Below, in pieces: positions 36,007-38,815 of a stretch of DNA of 38,815 bases; the stretch's first letter is position 1; the number at the start of each line of letters is the position of its first letter. A program made the translations under genes and the position numbers. The notes below the pieces were generated by a model. That model was not told where the DNA came from. It did no database searches and worked only from the letters and a program-made list of their open reading frames with translations. The DNA is from Xylographa opegraphella (taxonomy: Eukaryota). The stretch lies in NCBI GenBank assembly GCA_022813865.1, contig JALDZX010000104.1, positions 1-38,815 of the forward strand, written 5' to 3'.

Positions 36007-38437
36007 TCAAGCTCCACGTCGAGCATTCGTGGTCATAAGTGTGATCTTCTTCATCCTTTTCTTCTTCCCACTCCCGTTTGTCGTTCCAAGCCCGATATTA
36101 TCATTGGGACTTATGTAGCTAGATTGGAGTCGCACGACTAGGTCGTCTTCGTGGATTAAATCCTGTTCCCACCCCTGCAACCAACCATCGTTGTCTGGGA
36201 GATCTTGGTCGTTATCCACGGCTACTACTACCGGAGATGTAGGAACCACAGCGGTAGTGCCCCAGACCGTTCTAGGAGCGAGTGGGCTTGTAGAAGGCGA
36301 GGCCAGTGACGCAAAGGCTGAGCCGGTATGGCTTTGTGATGATAACCACGGTGGAGAGGTAGATGGTGCAGTCAGATCCAACGATAAAGATGATTGACCG
36401 GAAGTGCCAAAGCCCACGGACGTAGGAATCTCTACCCCCGAAAACTGAGTTCCTGAGACACTTGGTCTCTTCCTTCTAGCAGTCGCCCACCTTCGTTCGT
36501 CCTCCGACTTCTCCGCTCGAACTCGTTCCTTCTCCTCTCGGATTTGCTTCTCGCTATTTTTCTTTCTTCGACGTTCGATTTCTTCGCAAAACTCGCGCAA
36601 GATCTCGGGCGGCACTACGTCGGTCCAATTACACTCTAGAAACCCTACCTCACACCCATAAGGGAGATGCGCTAGGTACTTCGCTCGCTTCCGAAGTTCA
36701 TCGTCGACAATATGGCCAGAAGATACGCGTTCTACTCGCGGAAGGATCGTGGCTGGGAAAGCCGAGAAGTCGCCGAAAGCAGCCTTGAGTATGCGTATAT
36801 CGAGCGGTGAAAGGTAGTAGTGTAATAAAGCCTGGTAGAAGAAAAAAGGGGAACCACTTTGATGAAGGTTATCGGGTCCAACGCCCTTGGATATGTGCTT
36901 CCCAGTCTTATGGACCTCGATCAGATGTGACGGAGCTTGAGTAGTGGATGGCAACCGACGCTGAGCAACATTCGTGGGATTATTCTCGGTGATACCGTTC
37001 GAAAGCTTCTGTGTTATGCGTTCCAGATCACCTGAACGTGATTGAAGAAGAGAGTTTGACAAGCTTGTAAAAGTCGGTCCGATAGACTGTCCAGACTTGA
37101 CTGTATGCTGGATCACGTTGGATTCGGGAGCTTCCTCACTTGAAATAGTGGGATATTGTGGAGTCTTCTTTGTTTTTCTTTCATCAGGCTTTGCTGGCGC
37201 GCTTGGCGGATTGCCTATACCTTCAACTCTTCCCTTTGCTTCCAAAATCGATACAACGGCTCTTTTCGTCCAAATGGTTTCCTCTCCAAACAGTAATTCG
37301 TCCTCTTTCTCCTGAAACTTCAGCTCAGTGATTTCGCGGTCGAAATGAGATAGCATGTACTCCTCACTTCCCTTCATAACACGCGCATAGTCCATCACCT
37401 CTGCTGCGAAGTACCATGGAATCTCATCAGTTGTCGACAGAGTCTCGGCTCCGTCACGAGGAAGAGCAAGAGTACTACCCGACGGTCGCATCATGAGTCG
37501 AAGCACCACGTCCTCTGCTTCCCGCGGTGTATCACCCTCTTGGCCGAGGAACCAACGTACGGGGCGGGTTTCGGAGAGATAAATACTGTCCCAACAAATT
37601 GGGCACTTTTTCCATCTGGCCTTTTTCTCCGGCACTACTGTGGCATCATCCGTGGAATGCATGTAGCGAATGAGACATGGGAGGCAGAATATGTGGCCGC
37701 ATTTTGCCATCCTTGGCGCGACAGGGAGACAGAGGCAGATTGGGCAGCTGGTGGTCTGAGATTGTGCAGATGCAAGAATCTGTAGCACAAGGCTCCAATC
37801 GAGGTGTATATCGGCATCAACTGCCTGTACACCATAGTCGCCTCTAGGATCCACAATGAAACGGTAATTGGCATGTATGTATCTGTGTCGTGGATTAGCA
37901 TGAACATGGCTGCGCCGCATTAGGTGGCTGACAGACCTTGCTTTGTCGACAGCATGATGACCAGAGCCAAGCCCCCATACAGGGTTACGCCGTCCATTGC
38001 GACCCAAAGGCGTATGGTGATTAACCTGGGGCCGCGGTGGAAGAGTGAAATTCATGAGATGCGTGATAGATGTTTGCCCCTTCCGGCTACTCGTTGACCG
38101 GATAGCCGCCTATCAGGATTCACCAATTAGCAGCAGCCTCAAGACCATTGTCTCGAAGGATCCGGCGTACTGATTCGGCCGCGACATCTTCGTCCCCAAG
38201 TCGAGGCCGCCTTTGTGCTTTGTTCTGCTTCCGGAAGCTCTGAGTATTCCGTGCAGCAGAAGTCGTGGTTCGTATGTTGGCCCCCGCACCAAAGCTGCCT
38301 GATCCGCCACTACGTCGTTGTGAGAAGTTGTCATGGCTGGGGGGGATCGGGGCCTGAGATTGTGATGGAGACGGTAGCTGAGACGAAGTGTTGATGCTCT
38401 TCGAGGTCGCCAACGACATGGGCTGATTGGAAGTCAT
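36007..38437 (-). CDS. MAG2: C3HC4 RING finger E3 ubiquitin ligase of the MAG2/RNF10 family, ~771 aa; exons 38437-38171, 38109-37937, 37882-36007
   Basis: RING CPICLCLPVAPRMAKCGHIFCLPC…CPICW. Family-type motifs SITHLMNF, HANYRFIV, FFFYQ…YLSPLDIRILK, RKRAKYLAHLP, and a C-terminal KKKRMKKITLM. Introns 38110-38170 (GTACGC…GCTAAT…TAG) and 37883-37936 (GTCTGT…GCTAAT…CAG). Confidence 0.88.
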
Positions 38438-38682
38438 GGCGGCAACAGCGCCCTTCTCGAACGGCCCGAGTGCGAAGGGTCGGAGGATGGTATGTTGCGT
38501 GCGTCAAAACAGAAAATGAGGATGTCGTATACCGCTCGACTCCGCGTGCGCCGAAAGAGCATGCAAAAGTACGATCAACTGCTCGCCACGAGGGGATGTT
38601 TGATCGCAGTAACCCGGATCCATCGTCGGGCGGTTGGGCGTCATCGGCGGGCGACGGCGTGTGGAGTACTAGCTTAGTAAGG

Positions 38683-38736
38683 TACCGTACGGTAACGTGA
38701 TCTACCCCCAAACGGATCACACCCCCAAACGGATCA
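38683..38736. promoter_or_regulatory. Candidate cis-elements upstream of the RING gene: 12-bp palindrome TACCGTACGGTA and a 16-bp direct repeat ACCCCCAAACGGATCA x2
   Basis: Palindrome at 38683-38694; repeats at 38704-38719 and 38721-38736, ~250-300 bp upstream of the ATG. Function is inferred only. Confidence 0.35.
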
Positions 38737-38815
38737 GCACCCCACCCCGACGCGTCTTTCTAGCAAAACACGCAAATGCCTCCCAACCGCAAAGCCGATC
38801 AGGAAGCTAGAATTC

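Noticed and set aside
31949..38437. DLH-ERG4-MAG2 as a functional gene cluster or novel pathway
   Set aside because: Three widespread genes with unrelated known functions. Co-orientation alone is not evidence of a shared pathway.
31767..38720. Numerous plus-strand and alternate-frame ORFs (e.g. 32405-32842, 33588-33941, 35037-35351, 38331-38720)
   Set aside because: Antisense or overlapping shadows of the three spliced genes or their flanks. Many have non-ATG starts and none has a recognisable domain.

Overview
Eukaryotic, filamentous-ascomycete (Pezizomycotina) DNA in two sharply different compartments. (1) 1 to ~31,650 is an extremely AT-rich, gene-free block made of nested transposon relics inactivated by repeat-induced point mutation (RIP)-type C>T/G>A changes. 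By eye I can reconstruct at least four Ty3/Gypsy LTR families (my labels A, B, Y, Z), a probable Ty1/Copia element and a probable pogo/Fot1-like DNA transposon, using matching LTRs, polypurine tracts, target-site duplications and 'de-RIPed' RT/RNase H/integrase motifs. Residual C/G is strongly concentrated in CpG dinucleotides. (2) ~31,700 to 38,815 has balanced GC and three intron-containing minus-strand genes: a dienelactone hydrolase-family gene (7 exons, one 13-nt microexon), ERG4 sterol C-24(28) reductase (5 exons) and a MAG2/RNF10-type C3HC4 RING E3 ligase (3 exons). I found no evidence for a new protein-coding system. The most interesting signals are the CpG-sparing mutation spectrum, the deep nesting (one LTR split into three pieces over 9 kb) and two in-frame, stop-free introns. 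All alignments were done by eye, so TE boundaries are approximate unless a TSD is cited.
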